From the NCBI GenBank assembly GCA_002723035.1, contig PBNH01000021.1, positions 1,272 to 65,271 of the forward strand: DNA of 64,000 nt, written 5' to 3'. The stretch comes from Rhodobiaceae bacterium (GTDB taxonomy: Bacteria > Pseudomonadota > Alphaproteobacteria > MED-G09). The position numbers were made by a program, and so were the translations under genes. The notes beneath the pieces are model-generated. The model worked only from the letters and a program-made list of their open reading frames with translations, was not told the DNA's origin and made no database searches. Below, in pieces: positions 39,952-49,417 of the stretch. Position 1 is the stretch's first letter; the number at the start of each line of letters is the position of its first letter.

Positions 39952-42900
39952 TTAGACCATTAAGAAGTCTGCGGCAACAAATGCACCGTCAGTAATAGTC
40001 TGATCAAACATAACAACCGGTATTAAGTCAGCTGCAACGTTTGGATTAGTTGTTCCATCAACATGATAAATAACAGTTACATTTGTATCATAAGCAATCA
40101 AATAATAATCATCATCGGCACCATCAGATGTAATACTTGCCGCAGTAGCTCCAGATGATAAAGTTTTAAGTAATTCAACACCTGTTCCTGCTGCAAAGTC
40201 AGTAGCAAGGTTACCATCAGCAACTGTAATACCTGTAAGCTCAACAATATCAATAGCCGCAGTATTAATATTAATACCATCAGTATCAGTAGCACTTCCA
40301 ATATTAAAGGTAGCACCGTTATCAACAGCAGTTACTGCTAGAGTTACCAATACTGGAGCAACATTATCACTACCAGCTAACTCTGAAGCTGTATTCTCAA
40401 GATGAACAACGTCACCAACAGTTGTACCAGCATCCTCGAAATCATTGATTTCTGTTCTGTTAGCTGTAGCAACACCAAGAGCTAAGAAAGTATCATCTCC
40501 TGTACCACCTGTAAGAACATCAACACCTGTACTTGAAACAATTGTATCGTTACCAGCACCAGCATCAATAATATCAGCACCTGCACCTGAAGTAATGCTA
40601 TCAGCACCTGCACCGGATGTAATAGTATTAGCACCAGCACCGGCTGTAATAATATCAGCACCAGCACCAGAAGTAATAGTATCATCACCTGAACCAGTAG
40701 TGATTATGTCATTACCATCAAGAGTTGTAATTGTAGTAGCAGTATCGTCATCACCGGATACAGTAACGTCAATATCAGCACCATGGAAACTGTCTAGGCC
40801 AGAAAGTGTGATTGCATAGTCATCAGAGTTAAGAGTTGAGTCACCATCCATGTCGATGTAAAGAACATCGTTATCTTTAGCAAATACAAAACTACCACTT
40901 GAATTATTCATTGCATTAACTGCTTCACCAGCATTAGACACGTCACCTTTATCAGCTAGGATAAAGGATGTTGTATTACCATTTGCAACCGCACCTGAAG
41001 AAACTACAAGACTAATTGAGTCACCGTTTGTAACTTGAGCGCCTGTAGTAGCATTTAGTGTTGATTGCGTAAAGTCTGTGATTGTATCTTTGGTATTACC
41101 AGATGAGTCTGCGATAGTGTCATACTTAAAGATATCATTACCAGCACCACCAGTAAGATTATCGGCACCTGCGTCACCTTCAATGGTATCAGTTCCATCA
41201 CCACCACTAAGAACATCATTTCCAGCAGCACCGTTGATAATATCATTACCAGCACCACCGTTTACAATATCATTACCAGCGCCGCCATTTAATGTATCAG
41301 CACCAGAGTTACCAGTAATTGAGTCATTACCTGAACCACCTGTTAATGTATCACCTACAGTAGTACCACCACCTGTAATGGTGTCATCACCTTTTGAACC
41401 AATAAGTTGGTCAGATGCAGTACCACCAGTAATAGTAAAGTCAATATCTACTGTATCAACAGAAGTATTAACATTGAAAGTTGCAGATCCAACAGTTTTA
41501 TTGGATAAATCAATCGTCATAGTTCCTGTATTTAAGGAAGCTGTACTATTAACTACGATTTGGATATCAGCAGCACCACTTGTAACTGCATCAACTGTAT
41601 ATATTTCAACTTTTTCAATTCCAGTAACAACATTGAAGTTTATAACACCAGTTACAGCAGCATCATTTTCAAGTTGGATGGTATCAGTACCAGCACCACC
41701 AGCGATAGTATCATTTGTTGCTAGATGTGTTGTACCATCAAACCTGAAAGTATCATCACCGGAACCACCAGTGAAACTATCAGCATTGACATTACTACCA
41801 TTATCAATAATTAAGAATGCACCATTGGATACAGCAGAACCGTCAATAGTTGTCACATTATCAGTTGTTGTACTTGTTATTGTTAAGGTATCTAAGCCAA
41901 GATTAGTAAATGTTTCGTTACCAAAGGTAAGGCTTGTTGTATTACTTCCAAGAGTAATTTTTTCAATACCAATTAATTGAGAAAGTTCAGGAGCGGTAAG
42001 TGTAAGATCAGCCGCTTCTGTAAATGATAATGTATCTGTACCAGCACCACCATCAACAGTTTCAACACCACCAGCAACTTTAAAGTGTACGTCATCTGCA
42101 ACGATAATAATATCATTACCATCACCAGCAGTAATGTGATCAACACCAGCTCCACCTGTTATGCTGTCAATACCAGTACCACCTTCAATGGTATCATTAG
42201 CAGCACCACCTATTAGTGTATCATTACCACCATTACCAGTTAACGAGTCAGTACCTGAACCACCTGTTAGACTATCACCAAATCCACCACCAATAGCTGT
42301 CAATTTAGTGTTGTCACTATTTGTAACAGATAGTAATTCACCATTTGTAAGTGTTGTAACATTAGCATCCAGAGCTGAACCATCAACTGTGATTGCTGCT
42401 CCTAAGAAACCAGAGGCAATAGTAACAGTAACATCACCAGCACTTTGATCGACAGCAAGGTCAGTAACTACAATCTTTTCAACATTAGTTACATTTGCAC
42501 CAATAGCACCAGTAGTTGAGTCACCAGTTGTATCAGCATCATCATCATTTTCAAGATAAATAATATCAGAACCAGCATTACCATCAATAGTATCATCAGC
42601 AGTTAAGCTCTCAGTAGCTTGGAAAGTAAATGTATCATCTGAGGATGAACCAACTAATTTTAGATTACCAGCTGCAGTTGCTTTAACGCTAATAGCTGTG
42701 CTCATTAATGAAGCACCAGCTGTGTCTTCACCACTAGACAAAGTACCAGCTCCAGCAAAATTAAATGCAAGGCCAGGGTTATTGGCAATAACAGTATCAC
42801 TTATTGTGAAGTCACTACCTTCTGGGATTGTCCAATTTTCAGTATTAGTAATAGTAGAAAGTTGAGCTGCAGTTAGATTTTGAGCACCTGTGAAGGTAAC

Positions 42901-45900
42901 AGTATCATTACCAGCACCACCGTCGATGATATCAGTACCAGATGCTGTTGAATATTCAGTTTTAGCATTAAGTGTAAAGGTATCATTACCTGCTCCACCT
43001 AACATACTGTCTAAGCCTTCATTACCGTCAATAGTATCAGCACCTTCACCACCTAAGATAGTATCATTAGTTGTACCACCATCAAGAATATCAGCACCAC
43101 CACCAGAAGTTACGCTTAGTGAAATCTGTGAACCATCACCAATTAGAGTGAACACTTCATCAGCTGATGTTGAACCATCAAGTTCGGTAGCATCGATAGT
43201 AAGAAGTGACTCAGTAGCAGTTGTTATATTTTCATTCACTGTAAGTTTTGCATCTGTACCAGCACTTGTAGAATCTTTAATAATAACTTTTTCTACTTTG
43301 GTAACGTCATCAAGATCTGCAGTTGTAGCGCCATCAGCAGTAAGCTCAAGAGTATCAGTTCCTGAACCACCTGTAATTGTAAAGCCGTCAACAACATCGG
43401 TTGTATTACCTTTAACAGTTAAACCAACATTTGCTGAGTTGATAATTGCTTTATTATTAGTAGCACCAACATCGGTAACTGTAACAGTTGTATCTGCAGT
43501 CCATGTTTTACCTGTACCACCAAGTGTTAGAATTTGAGCAGATGCTGAATCAATTTTAAACGTAGTAGCACCACCCATACCACCATCAGCAGTAATGTTA
43601 ATAGCACCAATTGGATTAATTATTTCAATATTACTTACACCGCCCATAACTGATGAATTTGAAATACCAGCAGTTGTTGTAAGGGTATCAGTTCCTGCTC
43701 CACCATCAATTATATCAGTATTAGCAAGGCTTGATTCTGCAGTAATAATATCATTACCGTCGCCTGCTGTAATGTTATCAGCACCAGTACCTAGAGTAAT
43801 GGTATCGTTACCAGCACCTGAATCAATTGTGTTAACACCAGCATTAGCGTCGATAATATCATTACCAGCACCAGATGTTAGTGTATCGTTTTTCGTACCA
43901 AGTGTAACAATATCACTAGCAGCACCTGTTTTAACATCAAGAGGTGTTGCAGCGCTTGTACCTGTAATAGTAACAGCATTAAGAGCTGTAAGTGTATCAG
44001 CGTTAATTGTTAAAACACCAGTTCCAGCAGGAGTACCAATAGAGTAAGCTCCGGTAACAATTGTTGGAGCAGCAGTTGCACCAAATGCTACTAAATTAAT
44101 TGTTTCGAAAACATCATTGTTGGTATCAAAAGTTGTTGTACCAGTTGCAGTATTCACGATATTTAATACATCGCTAGTACCTGTACTACCTGTAATATCA
44201 GTATCAGTTCCAAATGAACCATTATTAGCTTGAACAGTAAGTTGAACATTTGCATTATTGTTAATTACATCTGCAGATGCAGCATCTGATCCAATTTTAA
44301 CTGTTGTCGCATTTGTATAACCATCATTAAGATTGATTGTTTGAACTGAGTCATGTTGCACATCAATAGTAGTTGCTGAAATGTTTGATTCAAGTGTTAA
44401 TGTATGTGCAGTGTCGATCGCAACAACTTCAACATTACTTAATCCACCAAAAACAGTAGATGAAGCACCAGCATTTGTATAGGTACCATCTAATCTTAAG
44501 GTATCTGTTCCATCACCACCATCATATGTATCGGTTCCAGCCCATGTTCCATCAAAGTCAGCAGTATCATTACCACCACCCATTGAAAGTGTATTTTTAC
44601 CAGTAGCTACAGCAGTTAATGTATCTGCAGCAGAACTACCAGTAATTGTTACATTTGAAGCACCAGGAGCATTTGTTAATGTAAGACCACCAGTATTTGC
44701 AGAAGCGTCAACTGTTGTAACATTTGAGTCTAAAGCAGCAGTAATTGTTAATGCTGAACCACCGGTTACAGTTAATGTAGGAGTTAAAACACCATCAATT
44801 TGAAGATCTGCAAGAGTATTTGCAACAGAAACACTATCAATAGTTAAAGACTCAAGAGCACTTGATGTTGAAGTGCTGTCGTCTGTAATAGCTACAGTGG
44901 TTGAGTTTGTTCCAGAGAGTTTCAATGTCATTGAGTCTGCAGCACCTGTTAAAGCTGTCGAGGCATAATTAACAGTAGTTGTATTTGGAGCTGATTTAAC
45001 TGTTAAATCAACTGGATTTGCTAAGTCATTAAAAGTAACACCATCACCACCAGCTATATTAGCTAATGAAGTAATACCTGAAATACCAGCAAGAGCGATA
45101 GTTAATGTATCATCATCGGCAATAGTATCATCTGCGATGCTATTAGTAGCTTGGATAACTTCTATGTTAGATAATTGAGGAATTAGAGTTAATCCATCAG
45201 CTGCTGATGCACTTTTCACAGTTAATGTATCTGTACCAGCACCACCATCTAGAACATCATAGTCATTAAGACTATCGGCTGTAGTTCCATCAAAAGAGTC
45301 ATTACCACTTCTACCTGTGAATGTATCAACACCGGTTGTGAGTGTGAATGCAGCTGTAGTAGCTGATGAACCATCATTATTAATAAGAATTATATCGCTA
45401 GAAATTGAATTTGAATTAGAATCAAAAACACTAACTTTCATACCTTCAATACCCTCAACAGTTGAGTCAGTTGTTGGAGTTACAGAGAAGGTTGTTGAAG
45501 TTGAGCCAGCGGCTATTGTTGCTGTACCGGATAAAAGATCAACATCAGTTGTTCCAGCTTTATCGACAGTACCACCATTATCGTCACCAATTACAGTCCA
45601 GGAGAAAGAAGTGTCAGCAGTCACAGCGACACTAGATGTAATTGTAAATACGGCGGCATCACCTTCTGTTACGCTAGTAGCAGATTTTGCTACAGAGTAT
45701 GAAGCACCACCACCACTTGACCATGCAGTACCTTGAACTGTTACGTCAGAAGCACCAGCCACAGATCCAGAAGTTGGAAGTGAAGCAACACCAGCTCCAG
45801 CGGCAAAGGCTGCAAATGAGCTTACTGAACCAGATGTTCCTGCAGTTGCATTACCACCTAAGTCATAAGTAAAATTACTTGCACCATTAATCGTTACAAC

Positions 45901-46140
45901 AGCACCGTTGCTTAATGTTAATTGCACAGCATCAGCTGCAAATTTAGTTGAAGAAACAGATAAACCGTTTACTAACTGAATTTTATTCGCACCACTTGTA
46001 TCAACAATTGTAATTGCTGCATTAGCTTCGATTGAATTTGATAATATGTATGTATCATCTCCACCTAGGCCTCTGTATGTGGTTCCATTATTTGAAGGTA
46101 CGATGATGTCCGCACCAGAACTGTGATTAATAGTCGCCAT
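39952..46140 (-). CDS. Giant (2062 aa) RTX calcium-binding-repeat protein, cysteine-free and highly acidic, no signal peptide. Putative T1SS-secreted adhesin or S-layer-like protein.
   Basis: At least 6 blocks of tandem GGxGxDxUx nonapeptides (for example GGAGNDIVNGGAGNDIINGAAGNDVLSGGDGTDTIEGDAGADNLTGGAGNDIF). Thr/Gly/Ala/Ser/Asp-dominated. Acidic C-terminal segment (candidate secretion signal). Strong Shine-Dalgarno GGGAG 7 nt upstream of the ATG. Confidence 0.85.
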   Translation of the reverse strand: MATINHSSGADIIVPSNNGTTYRGLGGDDTYILSNSIEANAAITIVDTSGANKIQLVNGLSVSSTKFAADAVQLTLSNGAVVTINGASNFTYDLGGNATAGTSGSVSSFAAFAAGAGVASLPTSGSVAGASDVTVQGTAWSSGGGASYSVAKSATSVTEGDAAVFTITSSVAVTADTSFSWTVIGDDNGGTVDKAGTTDVDLLSGTATIAAGSTSTTFSVTPTTDSTVEGIEGMKVSVFDSNSNSISSDIILINNDGSSATTAAFTLTTGVDTFTGRSGNDSFDGTTADSLNDYDVLDGGAGTDTLTVKSASAADGLTLIPQLSNIEVIQATNSIADDTIADDDTLTIALAGISGITSLANIAGGDGVTFNDLANPVDLTVKSAPNTTTVNYASTALTGAADSMTLKLSGTNSTTVAITDDSTSTSSALESLTIDSVSVANTLADLQIDGVLTPTLTVTGGSALTITAALDSNVTTVDASANTGGLTLTNAPGASNVTITGSSAADTLTAVATGKNTLSMGGGNDTADFDGTWAGTDTYDGGDGTDTLRLDGTYTNAGASSTVFGGLSNVEVVAIDTAHTLTLESNISATTIDVQHDSVQTINLNDGYTNATTVKIGSDAASADVINNNANVQLTVQANNGSFGTDTDITGSTGTSDVLNIVNTATGTTTFDTNNDVFETINLVAFGATAAPTIVTGAYSIGTPAGTGVLTINADTLTALNAVTITGTSAATPLDVKTGAASDIVTLGTKNDTLTSGAGNDIIDANAGVNTIDSGAGNDTITLGTGADNITAGDGNDIITAESSLANTDIIDGGAGTDTLTTTAGISNSSVMGGVSNIEIINPIGAINITADGGMGGATTFKIDSASAQILTLGGTGKTWTADTTVTVTDVGATNNKAIINSANVGLTVKGNTTDVVDGFTITGGSGTDTLELTADGATTADLDDVTKVEKVIIKDSTSAGTDAKLTVNENITTATESLLTIDATELDGSTSADEVFTLIGDGSQISLSVTSGGGADILDGGTTNDTILGGEGADTIDGNEGLDSMLGGAGNDTFTLNAKTEYSTASGTDIIDGGAGNDTVTFTGAQNLTAAQLSTITNTENWTIPEGSDFTISDTVIANNPGLAFNFAGAGTLSSGEDTAGASLMSTAISVKATAAGNLKLVGSSSDDTFTFQATESLTADDTIDGNAGSDIIYLENDDDADTTGDSTTGAIGANVTNVEKIVVTDLAVDQSAGDVTVTIASGFLGAAITVDGSALDANVTTLTNGELLSVTNSDNTKLTAIGGGFGDSLTGGSGTDSLTGNGGNDTLIGGAANDTIEGGTGIDSITGGAGVDHITAGDGNDIIIVADDVHFKVAGGVETVDGGAGTDTLSFTEAADLTLTAPELSQLIGIEKITLGSNTTSLTFGNETFTNLGLDTLTITSTTTDNVTTIDGSAVSNGAFLIIDNGSNVNADSFTGGSGDDTFRFDGTTHLATNDTIAGGAGTDTIQLENDAAVTGVINFNVVTGIEKVEIYTVDAVTSGAADIQIVVNSTASLNTGTMTIDLSNKTVGSATFNVNTSVDTVDIDFTITGGTASDQLIGSKGDDTITGGGTTVGDTLTGGSGNDSITGNSGADTLNGGAGNDIVNGGAGNDIINGAAGNDVLSGGDGTDTIEGDAGADNLTGGAGNDIFKYDTIADSSGNTKDTITDFTQSTLNATTGAQVTNGDSISLVVSSGAVANGNTTSFILADKGDVSNAGEAVNAMNNSSGSFVFAKDNDVLYIDMDGDSTLNSDDYAITLSGLDSFHGADIDVTVSGDDDTATTITTLDGNDIITTGSGDDTITSGAGADIITAGAGANTITSGAGADSITSGAGADIIDAGAGNDTIVSSTGVDVLTGGTGDDTFLALGVATANRTEINDFEDAGTTVGDVVHLENTASELAGSDNVAPVLVTLAVTAVDNGATFNIGSATDTDGININTAAIDIVELTGITVADGNLATDFAAGTGVELLKTLSSGATAASITSDGADDDYYLIAYDTNVTVIYHVDGTTNPNVAADLIPVVMFDQTITDGAFVAADFLMV

Positions 46141-46371
46141 TTATTTTCTCCCTAAAATAACAACAAGTCGTTGTACTCATAAAAATTTCGATAGCAAAAA
46201 TCTGCTAACGAATCACAAAATCCTACATTTCGTCAAAAACGTCAATATAAAATAATTTATATTGTAACCAAATGTAACAAACTTTATCAACCTTTTTTTA
46301 AATTTTAATTATGTCTTAAATAAGGCGGTTGATAAAAAAACATTAACCTTATTAAATTGTTTCAAATTTCC

Positions 46372-48348
46372 TTACGTTAAATTTGAGTCAGTAACGATTT
46401 CAACTGTATATGTAGTTGCAGTCCAATCAGTATCAAATGACTCTTCAATATTAGGTAAAACTAACTTACCACTTTGTGCATTACTATCAGGTGCAAATAA
46501 TATTTGTGTTCCTGAAATACCATCTGATGTAACTTCAACATTTGTTAACTGGTCAAATTCTTGAGTGGTTAAATTTGAAGTTCCATTAACTACAACAAGT
46601 GTTAATTTATCAGTAGCAGCGTCAAAGCCATCTATAGTTACTGTATATGCACCTTCCTCAGAGACACCCGAACTAGAAACTTCATACCTAAATTCTTCAG
46701 CTGCAGAAGTTGCTGTTACAGTTGTATCTTCTGAAACTGAAATATTTACAATTGTATATGATGCAGCTGGAGTTTCCTCAGCTGGAGTTTCTTCTGCTGG
46801 AGTTTCTTCTGCTGGAGTTTCCTCGGCTGGAGTTTCCTCAGCTGGAGTTTCTTCTGCTGGAGTTTCTTCTGCTGGAGTTTCCTCGGCTGGAGTTTCCTCG
46901 GCTGGAGTTTCTTCGGCTGGAGTTTCCTCAGCTGGAGTTTCTTCAGCTGGAGCTTCTGTAGCTGGAGCTGGAGCAGCTTCATCTCCGATTGATGAACCAA
47001 AAACAATATTTAAGGCTTTATCTTTATCGGTAACGCCATCAAGGGTTAAAGTTGTGCTGCTTCCATCAGCATCAGGAGCAAAATATATAACTGTCTTATT
47101 ATTAATTTCATCAATAGAATAATCATGTGACGCATTTGCTTCAAATCTGCTTAAGTCATAACCGCTAGCTATACCAGCACCAAGAACAATTATTTTATCT
47201 GTAGATAAGTCAAAACCAGAAATTGTAACATTACCATCAGCACCGACAACATTTGATCCGCTTGAGGTCGCATCGTAAACAAAAGTCTCAGAATCTGCAC
47301 TCGCGGTTACACTTGAGGAGTCAATATCTACACGACTACCAGAAATTGCTGGGGATGAAATTGAAAAAGTAAGATCTATTGAGGATAAGTCTGCATCAGC
47401 AATTCCATCAATATCAATAGAACCACTATTGCCATCTGCGTTAACTCCAAAATCAATTCTTGTTGAGTTAATACCTGTGGTTACATCAACACCTAATGTT
47501 GACAAAAGATCTTCTTTTGAATATCCGGCTGGTAAAGTTTCTGTTTTAATTATAATTCTATCAATTGCAGCGTCAAAATTTGTGATAGAAGTATTTCCAT
47601 CAATTGCAACAGGCACACCATTTAAAAACTTTACAGAAAATTCAAAAATTTCACCCGCAGATGAACTTGCAACGCTTCCGCTTGATAAATCTATAACTGG
47701 CGAACCGGCATCAGCAACTTCATCAGCGGTATTGATAACAACAGTTGATGAGTCAGAAACACCTTTTAAAGTAATAGTACCGGTTGCATCATTATCACTT
47801 CCAAGGTTAACAATAGTATCGCCGTTAATATCAGATGCGACATCAACATTCGATGATCCACCAGAAGTAAATGATGAAGGAGCACCAGTTCCTCTAAGAA
47901 CAAGCACATCATTGCTTGCATCAAAATCAGATATTATAACATTACCATCTTGAGCAGAAGTAACGGACCCACTTGCTGCAAAAGTAACATCATATAAATA
48001 AGTGTCTGCATCAGCTGTTGCAGTATAACGGCCAGCATTAGCATTAATCCCAACAGTTGAAGAACCATCTCCACCTGAGCTCGAACCACCAGAGCCTGAG
48101 TCTGATCCACTAGAACCTGAGTCTGATCCACCAGAACCTGAGTCTGGAGTTGGACTTACAGGTCCATCATAACCTCCACCTCCACCACCTCCACAAGCGG
48201 CAAGGATCATTGGAAGTGTAATTGCACTAAAGTATCCTAATTTACTACGAGAAATTTTGATTAGATTTTTATCTTCTAAAGCAAGATTTTTATCTTTAAC
48301 ATTTTTGGGTGATAGTAAATTTTGTCCGTTCATTATAAATACTCCCAT
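46372..48348 (-). CDS. Putative surface lipoprotein with Gly7, Ser/Gly linker and (PAEET)n repeat
   Basis: Lipobox-like ...ITLPMILAAC followed by GGGGGGG and (DSGSxGS)3. Internal ATG at 48333 with a GGGAG Shine-Dalgarno is a likelier start. Mid-protein EETPA x ~13. Confidence 0.65.
   Translation of the reverse strand: MGVFIMNGQNLLSPKNVKDKNLALEDKNLIKISRSKLGYFSAITLPMILAACGGGGGGGYDGPVSPTPDSGSGGSDSGSSGSDSGSGGSSSGGDGSSTVGINANAGRYTATADADTYLYDVTFAASGSVTSAQDGNVIISDFDASNDVLVLRGTGAPSSFTSGGSSNVDVASDINGDTIVNLGSDNDATGTITLKGVSDSSTVVINTADEVADAGSPVIDLSSGSVASSSAGEIFEFSVKFLNGVPVAIDGNTSITNFDAAIDRIIIKTETLPAGYSKEDLLSTLGVDVTTGINSTRIDFGVNADGNSGSIDIDGIADADLSSIDLTFSISSPAISGSRVDIDSSSVTASADSETFVYDATSSGSNVVGADGNVTISGFDLSTDKIIVLGAGIASGYDLSRFEANASHDYSIDEINNKTVIYFAPDADGSSTTLTLDGVTDKDKALNIVFGSSIGDEAAPAPATEAPAEETPAEETPAEETPAEETPAEETPAEETPAEETPAEETPAEETPAEETPAEETPAEETPAASYTIVNISVSEDTTVTATSAAEEFRYEVSSSGVSEEGAYTVTIDGFDAATDKLTLVVVNGTSNLTTQEFDQLTNVEVTSDGISGTQILFAPDSNAQSGKLVLPNIEESFDTDWTATTYTVEIVTDSNLT
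46766..46975. repeat. 15-bp tandem repeat x 14 (12 near-perfect plus 2 degenerate) encoding (PAEET)n. Contains a duplicated 60-bp higher-order block.
   Basis: gctggagttt(c/t)(c/t)tc(a/t/g) units. Third-position pattern a,t,t,g of units 1-4 repeats exactly in units 5-8. Confidence 0.95.
48083..48145. repeat. 21-bp tandem repeat x 3 encoding (DSGS[G/S]GS)3 linker in the lipoprotein gene
   Basis: gaaccaccagagcctgagtct / gatccactagaacctgagtct / gatccaccagaacctgagtct. Confidence 0.8.
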
Positions 48349-48613
48349 ATTAATGCTCTCTTAAAAAGCAGAATGTGACAATTTTTTAGTTTAAATTAAT
48401 ACTGTAATTATAATATTCAAACTAAAAAAGATACAATAAATTTTATTTTATCTTTTTATAGGGATTTTTTTAAAATCTCAAACTTTAAATTAAAAAGAAT
48501 TATTTTTTTATTTATCCTAGTAGATATTATATAGGATAAAAAATTTAATACTTATAGAGAATATTATATGTGCACTACTTATAATGTAAATAATAAAGAC
48601 TCTTCATTTATGA

Positions 48614-49417
48614 CTAATAAGATTTTTTATGCGCTAATAACCAAGGAGTTGGATAAGATCTCCACTCCCATGCAGCTAGAAGAATATCCAAATGTGAAAT
48701 TTTATGAATAACTTCTGGAACAGAAAAATTTTTACCATTTTGATAAATAATATCTACATCATGATACTGCTCAAATAGTTTTGGCATAACTTCAATATTA
48801 TGTATGTCATTATACATGTGAAGCTCCATAAAAATATCACAATCTTTAAACAATCCAATATTATTTTCGTTGAATAATTCTGACTCAAAACCCTCAATGT
48901 CACACATAAGAAAAATGCTCTTACCGCTAAACTCTTTTATAAAATCTACATCAAACTCTCCCTCAATTGAGACATTCACAGAATTTTTTTCTGATAGAAT
49001 TTTACATTTTTTTTGAGCATCAGGATTTGAGTCAAAAGCAAATACCTCTGTATCAGGTAGAAGTCTTTTAAGGCCAACTGAATAATAGCCCTCAGCAGAT
49101 CCTATATTTATAAAAATATCAGGTTTTTTTTCTACCATTGATAAAACATAATTATGAATTTCAGATTCATAAATTCCAAGTAACTTTGGAAGATAACATC
49201 CTTCAGATACCTCATCCAAAAATTCCATTCCTTGAAAAGGTCCACTAAAAATTTTTGTTCCATATCTCTCTTTGAAAGTATTCGCTAGAAGGGCACTTCG
49301 GTATTTTGCTAAAAATCTTAATGCCTGATTTGCATTATCAACATAAAAATTATCATCGTTTTCAAAAAAAGATTTTACAGTTTCTTTCAATGAAATATTA
49401 ATTTTCTGAGTAGTCAA
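48614..49417 (-). CDS. Putative SAM-dependent methyltransferase (FkbM-like?)
   Basis: 267 aa. DIFINIGSAEGYYSV glycine-rich segment plus acidic motif FAFDSNPD. Weak call from motifs only. Confidence 0.45.
   Translation of the reverse strand: MTTQKINISLKETVKSFFENDDNFYVDNANQALRFLAKYRSALLANTFKERYGTKIFSGPFQGMEFLDEVSEGCYLPKLLGIYESEIHNYVLSMVEKKPDIFINIGSAEGYYSVGLKRLLPDTEVFAFDSNPDAQKKCKILSEKNSVNVSIEGEFDVDFIKEFSGKSIFLMCDIEGFESELFNENNIGLFKDCDIFMELHMYNDIHNIEVMPKLFEQYHDVDIIYQNGKNFSVPEVIHKISHLDILLAAWEWRSYPTPWLLAHKKSY

Noticed and set aside
40098-45872. Multiple ORFs of 60-300 aa on the plus strand and in alternate minus frames inside the giant RTX gene (40098..40325, 40445..40819, 40482..40688, 41055..41258, 41078..41980, 41973..42155, 42161..42448, 42890..43537, 43595..44047, 45317..45736, 45687..45872)
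   Set aside because: These are low-complexity P/S/V/L-rich translations produced by the reverse or shifted reading of GGT/GCT/ACT-rich codons. All lie wholly inside a well-supported 2062-aa RTX ORF. None has start or Shine-Dalgarno context.
46565-47122. ORFs 46565..47122(+), 46710..46961(+), 46746..47006(-) with poly-(SAGVS) and (KLQ) repeat translations
   Set aside because: These are alternative-frame readings of the 15-bp tandem repeat in the lipoprotein gene. The repeat keeps every frame open, and the (PAEET)n frame is the one contiguous with a 658-aa ORF.
48568-48700. Small plus-strand ORF (about 45 aa, MCTTYNVNNKDSSFMTNKIFYALITKELDKISTPMQLEEYPNVKFYE) overlapping the 3' end of the minus-strand methyltransferase gene
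   Set aside because: No Shine-Dalgarno, overlaps a longer well-formed ORF, AT-rich chance ORF.
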